Assembly (NCBI GenBank): GCA_030141605.1 | Contig: JAQGDQ010000104.1 | Coordinates: 124,001 to 188,000, forward strand | Reading direction: 5' to 3' | Length of the DNA: 64,000 nt | DNA from: Tubiluchus corallicola | Lineage: Eukaryota; Animalia; Priapulida | In this document: in pieces, positions 14,201 through 27,670 of the stretch | How positions within the stretch are numbered: position 1 is the first letter of the stretch | Layout of the letters: each line of letters opens with the position of its first letter | Notes under the pieces: model-generated | Databases searched by the model: none | Told to the model about the DNA's origin: nothing | What the model saw: only the letters and a program-made list of their open reading frames with translations | Program-made: the position numbers and the translations under genes

Positions 14201-14746
14201 AGACTTCATAAAGTTGCTGCAATTTCGAGCTGTCTCCGTATCATAATCTTTGGTATCTTTTCTTTCCTGTGTTCTGCAAAGTTTTTGGACGTCTACAGCA
14301 GCTGAGTTTGAGAATGGAACTGTGCCTTGACGAGACAGCATAGTCCATCTTGATGGCATGCTGTATGGCCCATCCATGTGTTCGACTGACGGAGGAAAAC
14401 GTGGCGCGGCCCATGGAAAATATGTGGCATTCTCGAATTTCAGAGACTCCCTGCCACTGGACTTAGTCGAGTTAGGCCTATCATCTTTAACGGCTTGTAA
14501 TTCAGTATCTCCATCATGTCGTTCAACTGTAATGTCGTCTTCTAGTTCTTCTGTTTTATTAGCTGGTACTAAACTTGACCCATCCTCCTCCAACTCCTTA
14601 ATTTTTATTCGCTGTTCTACAGGTTGAGAGGTTCCCTCTTCAATGACGCGCATAACAGCACTTTCGCTGTCGTCATCATTGTCTTTTCTAAAGTACTTGT
14701 CACACTCTTTAGATACTGCCACTGACCTCAGAAACAACACTTCCAT
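7691..14746 (-). CDS. SAM-domain protein, SAMD7/SAMD11/Samuel-like, about 509 aa
   Basis: Exons 14746-14172 (ATG to phase-2 donor), 9148-8383 and 7879-7691 (TAA) splice in frame. The SAM domain WTVDDVYKFVSGIEICADYAQ|VFKDQSIDGATLPLLTEEHLITNVGMKLGPAIKL is of the Polyhomeotic/SAMD11 type and is followed by CLVCSHCLHCH. Extra exons in the 5 kb first intron cannot be excluded. Confidence 0.87.
9432..9997. mobile_element. MITE/foldback element with ~100-bp inverted termini and an internal 24-bp tandem array
   Basis: Left CTCATTTAGGTCAAATAGTCTTTGCCTTTGGAATACAT pairs with right ATGTATTCCAAAGACAAAGACCGTTTGACTTAAATGAG. About 7.5 copies of GCGAGTTACTGTGTGAACGCCTCA lie at 9661-9840. Confidence 0.85.
12091..13206. 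mobile_element. MITE with terminal inverted repeats and an internal 60-bp tandem array
   Basis: Left TAGGTTTTACACGTCAATTGTAGAC versus right GTCTACATTTAACATGTAACACCTA. About 7.5 near-identical 60-bp units at 12125-12580, with degenerate inverted subunits at 13000-13200. Confidence 0.82.
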
Positions 14747-15529
14747 GGTTGCTGTTTGTCAGACACCGAAATTCGCAAAATTCTGACTGAAGAATCTTAA
14801 ATATCCATGTGAAAGACACATTATATTTTTATTTATATTTTTCCACCGAGTTCAGCGCATCTTTTCTGTTTTTTTCTCTAACTGAATAACTATGATGCCA
14901 CATGACTTTAATGTACTACGTCGACTGTACGCACCTCTATACTATCTAATTGTATTTCAGCTCTAGATGAATTCAGTGATCACATTCTAGGTCAATCGCC
15001 ACGCAGATATGGAGCAGCAATTACACCTGTGTTCTGTAGTTCTATACGGACGAGTGTTATAGCACACAGCATTGTTAGTATTGTTAAAGCTTGCTTAAGC
15101 TTAGCACGTCTGTATTGCGCTGGTGCTCATCATAACATGTCAATTTCTTAAATGAGACCATATAATATGGCTTTAAGCTGCTAATAACTGTACTTCCAAT
15201 GACAGCCTAGACAGGCAAGTTAATTAACACAAAAAGTTCATCTATCATTTATGCAAGAATTGCGTATTCGTAAAATCGGTGAGCTTAAATGTGCATATTT
15301 TATGTGCAAAATCTAGATTGTAATTCGCTTCTGAATGTTTTTAAGGGTTTTTATCTATGTCTCTACGCGAGCAAGTGACTACCTATGTGAGCGAAAAGTA
15401 GAATGCAACGGTATCCCAATTTATCTAGAAATTCTAGATTTAAAATTCCATGTGGTTGATTAAATTTTTTCTAGTGCTCGACCCAAGTTACTACTCAACT
15501 GGATGTTGTTCTTCTTGTTCTTCTTCTCC

Positions 15530-15570
<41 letters not shown>

Positions 15571-16651
15571 GATGTTGATGTGGCGATGAATTTCTTGAAA
15601 AAAACTTTGTGGCGATGTTTTCGAAAAAAGCCTAAAGTTCTATGATTTTGCAATGGCTCGTCCATGAATAGACGAAACACCGCATAGAATTAACAGAGTC
15701 GGATTTTCGATCCGCCATTTTGAATTTGAGATGGTGACGGTAACCATTTTCGAAAAAAAGCTTAGGAATTTACCAATTCGCAAAGGTTAGTCGCGGTTAT
15801 AGGACTAGACTAGAACAAATTCCGCGTCGACTATTTTCGATCCGTATTTTGAATTCAATATGGCGGCATTGACGCCATTTCTAATCCACCGTCTTGAGTC
15901 AGTCCTGTCCTGTCCTCTCTTGTCCTGCCTTGTCTTGCCCTGCCCGTTTTACCTCCTGTTCGTTCTACCTCCGTTTCAGTCTCCATCTCCGTCGTTGTCA
16001 CCGTTTCTGTAAAAGACAAGGACATCGTAAGCTCAAGCATGGCAATTAACAAGCATTTGTCAGCTCATTATTTCTTTGTGAGATTCGAGACGGCGTACAA
16101 AACAATTAAAGGCAAAATCCAAGTTCAGCTGCACGACGAGACGAAGACTGCAAACATACTGAATCAGGAGCAAATGGTTTTGGATTAAAAGGAAATGTCG
16201 ATTAAATTATATTAAATTATATTAAATTTAAGAACAACTGTAGCTATTTAGAGACACCAATGACTTCTGTTACCTCTTCAATACTTACCCTGCAGACCAG
16301 GCTATCTTTTTCCTCTCATGGCAAAATCTGAAATCTGGTCGCAAACAACACTTTCTCGGACACGTTTACATCTGCCACAGCATCATTTCGCTTGTTGGTA
16401 ACAACATCTGATAAGTTGCTGACACTCTTTTGATTTTTAGAATACAAAATCCAGTGTGATTACCTTGCTAGTCCAGTAAAACTTTTCCGGCCTGAGTCAA
16501 ATGGTGATAGTAAAGTTTAGGGCAGGGATCAGTGATCTGCTTGATGCGGCAACATTTGGTATGCTCCAGCATTGCATGCAACGACACTCTTTTTATTTAT
16601 ATGCTTTATCAACTGTCTTAGTTATTAATGTGTTGTCTTTGTTATACTCAT

Positions 16652-17148
16652 ACTGCATAAGATTATCTATATCCATAAAATAAGACCAAAAATCCATAAA
16701 ATAAAATTTGAAAAATCCATAAAATAAAAAATGCATAAAATAAAAAATATTTTTTTTCGTGATTTTTTGTACAAAATAAGGCAGTTAAAACTGAATACAG
16801 GCATTGGATCGGAAACTTCAGCCTAGAGGGCATTCTACATTCGTACCAAATAGATGAATTATTTGAACTGAAGTGATGAATTACAAGGCATTGTCTCGTA
16901 AAATTTGATTAAATTTAAAGTGATATGAAACCGATAAATTAAAACGAAACCGATAAAATTAAAACTACGTGTTTAAAAACACGTTTCAAGCACTCCTGTT
17001 TTTACTTTTTAATTTATTTCCCCCTGGGCATCTCGTTCCAGATATAGCCTATTTCTTATTTTATTGATATCCATAAAATAAAATTTCAAAAATCCATAAA
17101 ATAAGCTATTTTATTTATTTTATACAAATCCATAATCTTATGCACCCT
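16652..17148. mobile_element. hAT-like MITE
   Basis: GCATAAGATTAT / ATAATCTTATGCACCCTG inverted ends, internal AAATCCATAAAATAA repeats, and flanks CTCATACT / GTCATACT resembling an 8-bp TSD. Confidence 0.6.
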
Positions 17149-18278
17149 GGTCATACTAGAGTGCAGCGAACCGTTCAAACACAAAAACGAGGTTCGTCAG
17201 CTGCTTAGCTCTAGGAATAATGCTTAGAGACACCAAATTCTTCTGTTACCTCTTCAATAGTTACCATGTAGACCAGGCTATCTTTTTCCTCTCCTGGCAA
17301 AATCTGAAATCTGGTCTCAATCAGTAAAAGCTGACAGAACAGATTTTTTCAGGGCTTAGGGCATTCGCTATATGTCTAAGATATTTGCCTGTTCCAGACA
17401 TTACACAGAGTGCACACGTAGTACTGTACGTGCAATATCCATTCAAGGAACCAATCCAATCATCAAATATAACCTACCTACTACTCTGTGACTTTTTCCA
17501 CAATTCCTAAAAAATATTGCCCTTATAAGCTGGCAGCAGCCATCTTGTCAGTCATCTTGAATACTGTGGCCACATTGGATAATTTTCGATTGACTCCATA
17601 TCCAAAATTAATCAACTGGGTGTATTTTAGCATTGTACAAAGCTGCACGCTTTTAAGGCAAAATGGGCAATTCCATCATTTTTGAAACATTTGCAGCCAT
17701 CTTGGCTGTCATCTTGAAATTGGGTGATATTATAGGGGCACTTAAGCATCAGACATGGATTCCTTGACCTTGAAAACCTATATTAAGACACCTTAATTAG
17801 TATTGTATATCATATTTTGTATGTTAAATGTATATACTCAAATATTATTTGTATATTTGTACCTGCAAAAAAAAGGTTAATAAAGGTTAATACCTGTCCT
17901 TGTCTCGTGTTAACTGACGCTCTGTTAACTGACGCTCATATTTATCATATTTATCAAAGCCGCGAAGTAACATAACTTATGCTTTTTGAAGCGTGCAGGA
18001 CGAATTTATCACTTCGTTGTTGTTGTTGTTGTTTTCGTTATTATTGTCGTGAATTTTATTCTAACACGGCCGGGATTTCAGTAGATTAAATTTTAAAACC
18101 AGATCACAAAAAACATCCAAACTCCAAAATAAATTTAAAAATTTATAATTACACAAGTTTAGGTCAGAGCGGAAAAACGCAACCGTTCTGAGCCAAAGTC
18201 ATGCCACACCTCCCTAAGCTGGTCCAAAAACGTTCCTAGTTCTAACAAGTATCAATCCTCCAATCAAATCCATAACAA

Positions 18279-18329
<51 letters not shown>

Positions 18330-18365
18330 TTATTATTAATATTATTATTATTATTATTATTATTA

Positions 18366-18432
18366 TCTATATATATATATATATATGGATATACAGTATA
18401 TATAATATTATAATATACATATATAATATCAT

Positions 18433-18503
<71 letters not shown>

Positions 18504-18740
18504 TATATATATATATATATTAATATGGATATATAACCGACGAGGCTACAACTCCGACGACGGCACCATTTTCGGCGATTTGTACGTCAAAGAAAAGGTC
18601 TCCACCCACAGATTTGCCATTGGGGTTTTTTTCGAATCGGGTCCACCGGGACGAACGGGAGGTAGGCGAAAAACTCCAAAAATGACCATTTTTTGCCATT
18701 TTTTGCAAAACGTATACCTCTTATTTCTAGAGAACGGAAA
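18366..18740 (+). mobile_element. Helitron family, 5' fragment
   Basis: TC start, (TA)n/(TACATA)n block, then GAGGCTACAACTCCGACGACGGCACCATTT... homologous to the full copy at 51980-52815. Confidence 0.75.
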
Positions 18741-18829
18741 GCAGTAACAGCGGAAAACTGAGCCAAACTGCTATGAGTAAAGTAGGGCCATCTACCGCTT
18801 GAAAAGCAAAACTAAACTATTGTTGTGAT

Positions 18830-19418
18830 TGTCCGGGAGCTCAAGGCTGAAAAATAAGATTGTTTTTGTTCGCTTAGCCTGGTAACTAATTTTTACCTAC
18901 ACCAGATGACAGAGGGAACCTAAGTGCTTACTGCCTGGGTGGCAGTACTAATTTTCAGGTGGGCCTTGTGGATGGTAAGGGGGCCATTTGTGGGACCATC
19001 CTCAAAAAGCCATGTTAGTGCAAATATGTAAGGGGTTATTCAATATTGCATTCGTCTAGGCCCTGAACATTTACTTTGTCTGGCATTGTATTATGATCAG
19101 TGTGTTCAACTGCATAGTAGTAGAAAAAATTTTGAATGGCCCATCATGGCATACTGCTCAAAAAACTGCCCCATCTCAGAAAAGCTCAAAAGCATATTTA
19201 TTGAAGCATTTTTCCTAGGCTAATTTCTTTTCTGCTTTTTACAAATGGACCCGTACCACCCACAAGGTCCACCAGAAAATTAATACTGCCACCCAGGCAA
19301 TAAGGTCCCTCCTATCACCTGTTATAAGTAAAAATTGCTTACCAGATTTATGAAATGACAGCAGACTTACCAATCGAAACTCATTTTCCTGCCCTCGTTT
19401 TGAGCTTGGACTCCTAGT
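18830..19418. mobile_element. MITE with long imperfect inverted arms
   Basis: TGCCTGGGTGGCAGTACTAATTTTCAGGTGGGCCTTGTGG (~18932) is inverted as CCACAAGGTCCACCAGAAAATTAATACTGCCACCCAGGCA (~19260). A solo right arm recurs at ~62490-62670. Confidence 0.78.
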
Positions 19419-20279
19419 TTATGAAGTGGATTAACGACTAATGACGCATATTATTGGCTGTTATTATATTAACATAGTTACGATGTCTATCTATGGTGCT
19501 TCACGTCACGTAGCGAACAGTAATCCGTGAACAAAAGGTGTTTTTATTAGTTTGTAATCGCATGCTCTAGGTTTTTCTAAAGCTTAATGAAGTCCATTCT
19601 ATTGCTATTGTGAAACATTACTATAATTTCATAAATGAGTTTGTGCCGATGTATAATAAAGATCTACCACTGGTTTATAATTTTAATGTCCATTCCTATC
19701 CTATAAGGCAACAGTTCCAGACGCATTATTACAAAACACCTAAACATCTCGGCCTGCCTTTTACATTATAGGCCTACCGCTCCTAATATAATCAAATAAG
19801 CTCCCCGATAATATTAAATTTAAGTTGTTTAATAATAAAAAATTATGACTGACGCTACATAGTTAAAGGATTAAAAGAGTATTTATCACTCTTCTTATAG
19901 TCGTGTAATTATCCTGATTACGCCTACTACATGAATGTAACTTATTAAACATTTCAATATCTATAATAATAACTTGTTATTAAACCTTATTAATAAAACA
20001 GAAATTTATTTTTAATCTTTGACAGTATCTTGAGTATGAAAGATTGTCATATATTTACTTGTTAAATGACTGTTTCTTAACTGCGATCCTTTTATCACGC
20101 GTGATTCTTGAATCATGTGACAGTATCACCTACGTATCACTTGCCGTGATGTATCCTGTTAAATATTATTTCCGATAGCTGCCACGTCTACAGGTTTGTT
20201 GTGGCAGTCTCCATGACATCTATGATTGCACATTGTATGTAAAATATTGTTTGTCTAAGAACTGTCAAAATAAATTGCT

Positions 20280-20356
20280 TACTGCTGCTACTGCTGCTGC
20301 TGCTACTGCTGCTGCTGCTGCTACTCCTGCTGCTGCTGTTGCTGCTCCTACTGCTG

Positions 20357-20399
<43 letters not shown>

Positions 20400-20450
20400 T
20401 ACTGCTGCTGCTGCTGTTGCTGCTCCTGCTCCTGCTGCTCCTGCCGTTAC

Positions 20451-20496
<46 letters not shown>

Positions 20497-20535
20497 ACTA
20501 CTACTGCTGCTACTGCTGCTACTGCTACTACTACT
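20280..20535. repeat. (GCT)n/(ACT)n trinucleotide microsatellite
   Basis: Read directly; about 400 bp upstream of the GPCR ATG. Confidence 0.95.
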
Positions 20536-20931
20536 TACTGTGGACTCGTTATTCATTTCGAACAAAAATAAAAGTTGACTGGAGTTTCTGTTTTGCTGAT
20601 AATCTCAGACAAGCCAGCTATTGTTGCTGCCCCTAAGAACTATCTAACTTCAGAAATAAGAAGCTTATCTTTCAATATCGTTACTAAAGGGCATAATAAG
20701 TATTCATCATACTAGCTACTGCAGGGCTTAATAAATATTACCTTTCAGAAGCTTATATGTAAGTGTCATGCTTGACAAAAGGAAGCTTTTAGCATAGTGT
20801 TCCAACGGAAACGATAGAGCTAAAAGAAGAAACTGCGCAGTTGCGCACTTCCTCATCGTCAAGTAGGAATCTCATAAAGTCATATTGAAGTAAATAAAAG
20901 AGCAGATAAAGGAGGCAATTTCTCAATTAAC

Positions 20932-23334
20932 ATGAATTTTAAGGACATTTTCTTGCTTATAGAAAGCATCCTAACGCTGGCTGATAGCATTAAAGTTGAC
21001 GTTCCAGATCTAAATGAAGGCTACTTGACGTTGCCAGGAGACTTGATGGTGGGCATTGTAACCCCAATACACAAGTATAGTGCCACACGTCCTTGCGGCG
21101 ATGACGTTGATCCCACGCTCATTCCCGGAGCGCTTTCTTACATTTATGAGGTGGATCAGATCAACAAAGATGAACGCCTTCTAAAAAATATTACTCTTGG
21201 TTATACGATGGTGGACAGCTGCTATAAAGGAACTACTGGGCTAGCGCAAACAGTTAATTTCATCAAAGTCCATTCTGAGAATAACAACATGTCAAACAAA
21301 GTTGAAGAAACAACCAATGACCCTCTGTCTGTCATTTATTCTATAGGAACACCTTCTCCACTTTGTAGACAATGTGATGTAGTTGCAGTAATAGGCGACA
21401 TGGATAGTAGAATTGTAATGAAGCAGGCAGATCTACTTAGTTTACTTCAAATTCCTCAGCTATCACCAGCCGGATCATCAGATCAACTGAACGATAAACA
21501 AAAATACAGCTATCTAATGCGAATGTCTGAACCTGCGAGTAGGTATCTGCATATAGCTAAAGACTTAATTTTCAAGTTCAAGTGGAAGTATATTAATATT
21601 GTTGCTGCAAAGGGCGAATATGGAACATCGCAAGCAAAGTATTTGATTAATTTGCTTAAAGATACAGGAGTCTGTATAGCAGCATTGGAGGAATTGTCTA
21701 GACAACCAGGGAAAGTAGAATACAGGAAAGTAGCTAAAAACCTGTTGAAATACAAATCAGCAAGAGTAATATTTGCAGCCACGTATCCAGGAATGATAGA
21801 GGGCATTTGTGAAGAACTAGCAAGCTTAGGAGAACGAAATCATTTTTTGTGGGTTGGAATGCGTGCAGCTTCTGACTCAACCTTCATTGGTGTAGAGCAC
21901 TGCATGAGAGGCGGTCTTTTGATCAACAGGAAAAGTTTACAAAGAACAAAATTTTTAGAGTGGTGGCACAACGCGAACCTGGACACATTCAGGCAGAACA
22001 GGTGGTTTAGTCGCTTTTGGGAGTTATCGTTTAACTGTACCGTTGGTGTTCATGAAAAATATCAATCATGTGATAAGGTCAATGGCAGACTGAAGCACGT
22101 TTGGATGATGGACATTAACAGATACATGGGCTACACAGCCAGAGTTGTTGCCCATGCCTTACATAACTTGATTGAATCAAAATGCCCCAACGTATCCGGA
22201 CACATGGCACGATCTTGCGTCACAGGACCACTTCTGCTATCCCATATGAAGAGAGTTAAATTTCTTACTGATGATCAGGAAACAGTAGAGTTCAATGCTA
22301 ATGGTGATTTCGTTGGCACGTATAACATAATAAATTTTCAAGAGAAGGCGGATGGAGCATTTGAGAAAAAAGTAATTAAAACGTTTAAGCTTAGTGACGA
22401 CTATATAGATGATATTAATGCTGGCGACATCCAGTGGCCGGGAAAAAATCGCGTTGCCGCCCCGGAATCTGTGTGTAGTCACGAGTGCCCCAAAAGGCAT
22501 TACACGATTTATCTGGAAGTTTCCTGCTGTTGGAAGTGCCAGCCTTGCGAACAGAATGCTTACCTGTTAAAGAATAACTCTGACTGCATTCCATGTCCAA
22601 TTTTTCACTGGCCAGATGACGAAGAGGATAGCCAATGTATCCGAATCATTGCTGATTACCTAAAATGGACCGACAGTGCAGCTATAGCTTTGTCTGTCCT
22701 TACAGGACTGGGCATACTTTTATCTCTATGTGCCGCTCTGATGTTCCGGAAAAAATGGTCTGACAGACTGATAAAAGCTTGTAGTCGTGAGTTAAGTTGC
22801 TTTATGCTTTTGGGCATAGTTGCCAGTTTCTTTATTGTGTTTTCCCTTCTTCACAAACCATCACACTTTACTTGCGTAGTGAACAGATACAGTTTTGCCG
22901 TTGCTTTCACGGCTATATATTCCCCTCTTCTTTCCAGAACAAACAGGATTTATCGAATCTTCAAAGGTGGCGTTGACCCACAGTTTGTTCGCTGGTACTG
23001 GCAGATTGGCTTTTCTGCAGTGGGCGTGATTTTGCAGGTGAGCTATTCTTCCTTTTTTATAGGTGTATAAGCATCCTGTTTCTGCTTCACAAATGTACGA
23101 CAGGATTCCTTTAGGATTTGTAAGCATTCTATAAAGTGAAGCATATTCCCACTCTTAACTCCTTAATTCTTTCTAATTCTTCTTACTCCTCCTAAAAATG
23201 ATGTTATTTTTTCTAAAGTTGATCCTGTGCCAGTTATCCCTCATGAAATACAGAAGTGCGCAGTAATTTTTTTAGTTAGGTTGAATAGTTGCTTGATTAT
23301 TCACTTTGTTTAGGTTGGCTATTTATCGGTCTAA

Positions 23335-23368
<34 letters not shown>

Positions 23369-24232
23369 CGCTTGTTCAATTGCCTTGACGTTTATAGTGG
23401 TAATGCAGTTATCTCTATTCTATCTGTGAAGGAAAACTAGAATTTTTTTAATAAATTTTTGTTACGTCTACATGCTTCTACGTTTCAGGTATGTATAACA
23501 ACTATAATTGCCATTATTGACGTCCCACGAGTTGTCGAGGAGCAAAAAATACCAACTGAGCGCTACACAGAACTGTACTGTTACCAGGCAAGCGCATTTT
23601 GTTTTCACTGCCTTCTCAATAATTTTATAGATATATTCTTAAACGTATCAGGGTGCTCAATTGTAGAGATTTTGACAAAACAACGAGAAAAATAGTCCAG
23701 TCAAAATTCAAAGTATTCTTACATCGTCAAGTCCTTTAACAAGAATAGAAAACGATTTGCGTGTAGAATTTGCATTTGTTAAATGAACCCGTTCATTTTC
23801 TTACAGAATTTCAATGAAGTCATCATCTCTGTGTTTTACAACTTTATCCTCGTTCTCTTCTGTACCTATTATGGCTTCAAGACGCGTCACGTCCCCCAGA
23901 ATTTCAACGAGTCTCGTTACATTGGATTTTGCGCCTACACAACGGTTATCATGTGGCTTGCAGCAGCACCAACCTACTACACTACAAACAATTGGAAGCA
24001 AAAGAATGTTATTTTTGCTACTACTATCATATTCAACAGCTTTAATGCTTTGATCTTTCTGTTTGGCTCAAAGTTATTTGCTCTGACCTTCGTTCAAGAG
24101 TCATCTGTCAGTGTTAGAACAAGACCCTTAAGCATAATCAACATAGCAACTTCATCCATTGCACAGAGTTCAAAGAAGGTAAACACTTCAGTGGTAAAAC
24201 AAAACACCAGCAAGGACAAACCTGACAATTAA
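20932..24232 (+). CDS. Class C GPCR (metabotropic glutamate receptor-like), about 876 aa
   Basis: Exons 20932-23037, 23489-23587 (GC donor) and 23807-24232. Venus flytrap domain (PGDLMVG, NITLGYTMVDSC, IPQLS, GEYG), nine-Cys domain (PESVCSHEC...CCWKCQPC), and 7TM motifs (IKACSRELS, RTNRIYRIF, FKTRHVPQNFNESRYIGF). Confidence 0.95.
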
Positions 24233-26084
24233 GAAGGACGGAAGAGCAAACGGAATTCATTCGATTGATTCTTCAGATCACAGAGTTTGCTCACTGCACC
24301 GTAGTTCAATATTCACGCTTGCAATTCACTACTTAGATAGGATTAACAGATATCTAAGCCCAACGTGTCTGAAGTTGCTGTTTCTATTTCTTGAGATACA
24401 CTAGTTTTGTTCTTTACGTCTCATGCCGGTACTTTTTAGGCCCAACTACTTGACTTGATAGATGGCGTTATCTGTAGCCACTTACTGCGTGTGCTAATGA
24501 ACTTTCAGGTTTTCGGGGTAACAATATAAGGGCCGGTATTTTGTCCAGTGTTTTTTGTCTTTACTTAGCGATCTGCTACAAATTCTGCGTTCATCTCATA
24601 AGAAATTATAAATATTATTATACAGATGGTGTCAAAATTTTCAGTTAGCCAAAAAGAACGCTTTCATTTGCTGCAGGGGACTTTGCAAAAGCTTAATGCC
24701 TAAATTAACAATTGGTATCTAAAAATAATGTTGCTGTTCGTAAGAATGCAGTGTCAGTCAAACAGCTTTAAGAAACAGTAATTCGAATAGCCATCGGTTC
24801 ATCGTTTCGTACAAAATTGTGAAAGACGTAGAATTCACTAAATGGCTTCTTTTTCATTGTAAACTGTATATTCCTCAAATTGCAGTGCTTTAAAATGTTG
24901 TGGTTTTTCTTTGTATGTTTTCAATTGAATTTTTTGCTAATTGTTAGTGTCGACACTGAGTGTGCTAAGTCTACTTCGTAAGTACAAAACGTGTGTTATT
25001 TCTAATGGTTTTTAAAAAGACTCAAGAAGCTAAAGACGGATTAAAAGACGTACGCGCGACGTTTGTACTAGCATTAAGGCTGAACAGCCAATATACCCGA
25101 ATTCTGTTAAATATTTATAATGTTAAGTCCTGGTTTTAGACTGCCATGTTTCTTAGTACTCAAATGTATATATTAGTCGTGATATTAACAAATGCAGAAT
25201 TCTTTCAAATTAAAGACACCAATTTGAAGTGGTTGCACGCGTATGCCGATTTTAGATTTAATGTTGTTTGCAGTAAGTAATCCATGCAGCATCATCGACA
25301 AGTTTACATGTCTAGGGCGCTAAATGCCACATTTATGTCACGAGGAAATGACAATATCTTTACGACAAACCTCTGTTCCCCTGTACGCTTTGTTGTAAAT
25401 CTGTTGTCGAGCAAAACATACCAGGTTGAGATTGTTTAATTCCAGAATGGTGTTTCACAATTTAATGAGTGAAATTTATGAAGGGAAATTAATTTCTTGT
25501 TCTAACAACAAGAGTTAAAAACACAAGGAGAGTTGCCCAGTGATAAAAAACAATTATGAAATATGCCGCAATCGGTTTTAAATCTCTTTTGCTTGAATTA
25601 AAGACCATATTAAAAACTTTTGGCATGAACTAATTGTTTATGTACGTAATGTCCGTGCGTGTCTATTTCAATTTTTAATGTATTGCTAAACTGTATCTAT
25701 AAATAGTGGCAGCCATTTTGAGTTTGAATATGATATGTCTATATATTGTTTAAATAGAAAGTCGGTTGCACAGTTGTTCATTGCAGGACGTTTTTAACTA
25801 ATAGTTATACATAAACAGACCAACTATCAGCTCACGATTTTAACTCATTTCTGACAGTCTAAATTGCTTTCTTGCGAACTAAATTTTAATTTTGCTGAAT
25901 CGAACTAAAAAAGAAATGCTCCCACATCCAGTCACCCTCTTTAATTAGCTCATTTCGTTATTTTGCACAGAAAACAATCGCGATCAACAACTATATTTAG
26001 CTACGCATGACGTTATTCTGCGATTTTGAATTACCGATAGCGAAGTTACTGTAAAATTGTTTCAGGATTTAACTTCATCAGCTT

Positions 26085-26522
<438 letters not shown>

Positions 26523-26529
26523 TACCAGT

Positions 26530-26768
26530 ATTGACAAGTATTGAGGGCTGGTCTTGAGAATAAAGCAGTTTTTCTTTCAACTGTTCTTTCCTTTAACAAC
26601 TGTATAACTCCATATTTTCTCTTCGAAATGCTTCTCCGGCGTTCTAACAGTTCAAAATTTTTCTGGACACCAACCATGGTAGCGACCGCCCAACACCCTC
26701 CCCCCAACCCCGATTCGGCCTCACACGCCCCACTTCCCCGGGCCTCGCCTAGGCTGACATAGGCCCTG
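26530..26768 (+). mobile_element. Right half of the hAT-like MITE family seen at 44350-44817
   Basis: Shares TGGTCTTGAGAATAAAGCAGTTTTTCTTTCAA...TAGGCTGA(C/A)ATAGGCCCTG with 44620-44817. Confidence 0.8.
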
Positions 26769-26829
26769 CCGACTGTAAAACAGATGATATGCCTCAGTGA
26801 ATTGATAGCAATACTAGATGCTCGCTTTT

Positions 26830-27670
26830 TTTAGTTGTACGCCGAGATGGGTAAAAAACGTTGTCTTGTCTTGCAACAAAGACTGTAGATATAGGCTGCA
26901 GTCATATATTCTGTCCTGGTGACATTTTGAACAATCCTCGTTTTTACACAATTATTGACACATTGGCCAGTGAACATAAAAGATCCTACTTTCCAAAGAA
27001 TCTGCCGACTCGACACTCGTCGTGGTGTTCTTATCATATGACTCCTACGACTACGTAGTAAGAAGACGGAAGTGGGAAGACGGAGTTACCTGAGCACAAA
27101 CGTATAATCATCACAAGAATAAGGGTCTCAGCACACAATCTAGCTATAGAAACAGGTCGTTGGGCAAATGTACCTCGTGAGCGCAGGCTGTGTCTTTGTG
27201 GAGAAATTCAAACAGAAGAGTATTTTTTGTGCGAGTGCCATGAAAATGCACTTTATAGATCACTGTACGCATTAAATTATAGTAATATTGAAATTTATTT
27301 GATGGAGAATTAATGTCAATGGGTAGTTTCAGTTACGACTGTATGCATAGATTTTTTAATTAAATAGTATAGCTTTGTTAGCGGATATATAACCGCATCA
27401 CGGAGATTATCATATAGGTAAAATATTTGTTTAATACATGTGTACAAATGCTTAGTAAATAGTGTTTTTTTTCGCTTCATGGAGTTTACAACTAAATTTA
27501 TATATCTGTATGTATAACTGTGCAGCTATGTTGAGTCAAATTGTTAGTATGATCTGGAAATCATTACCTGAGCTCTGCCCGCTGATAAAACCATCGGGTG
27601 GGCGTCAAGTTTGTAATTTTCGTGTTGGAAATGTGATTTTCAGAAATAAAATATCTATCTATCTATCTAC
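26830..27670 (+). mobile_element. Decayed non-LTR retrotransposon (LINE) 3' end
   Basis: HKRIIITRIRVSAHNLAIETGRWANVPRERRLCLCGEIQTEEYFLCEC at ~27095-27240 is a typical LINE ORF2 C-terminal Cys motif. The element ends in AATAAA + (TATC)n at ~27645-27668. Confidence 0.8.
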
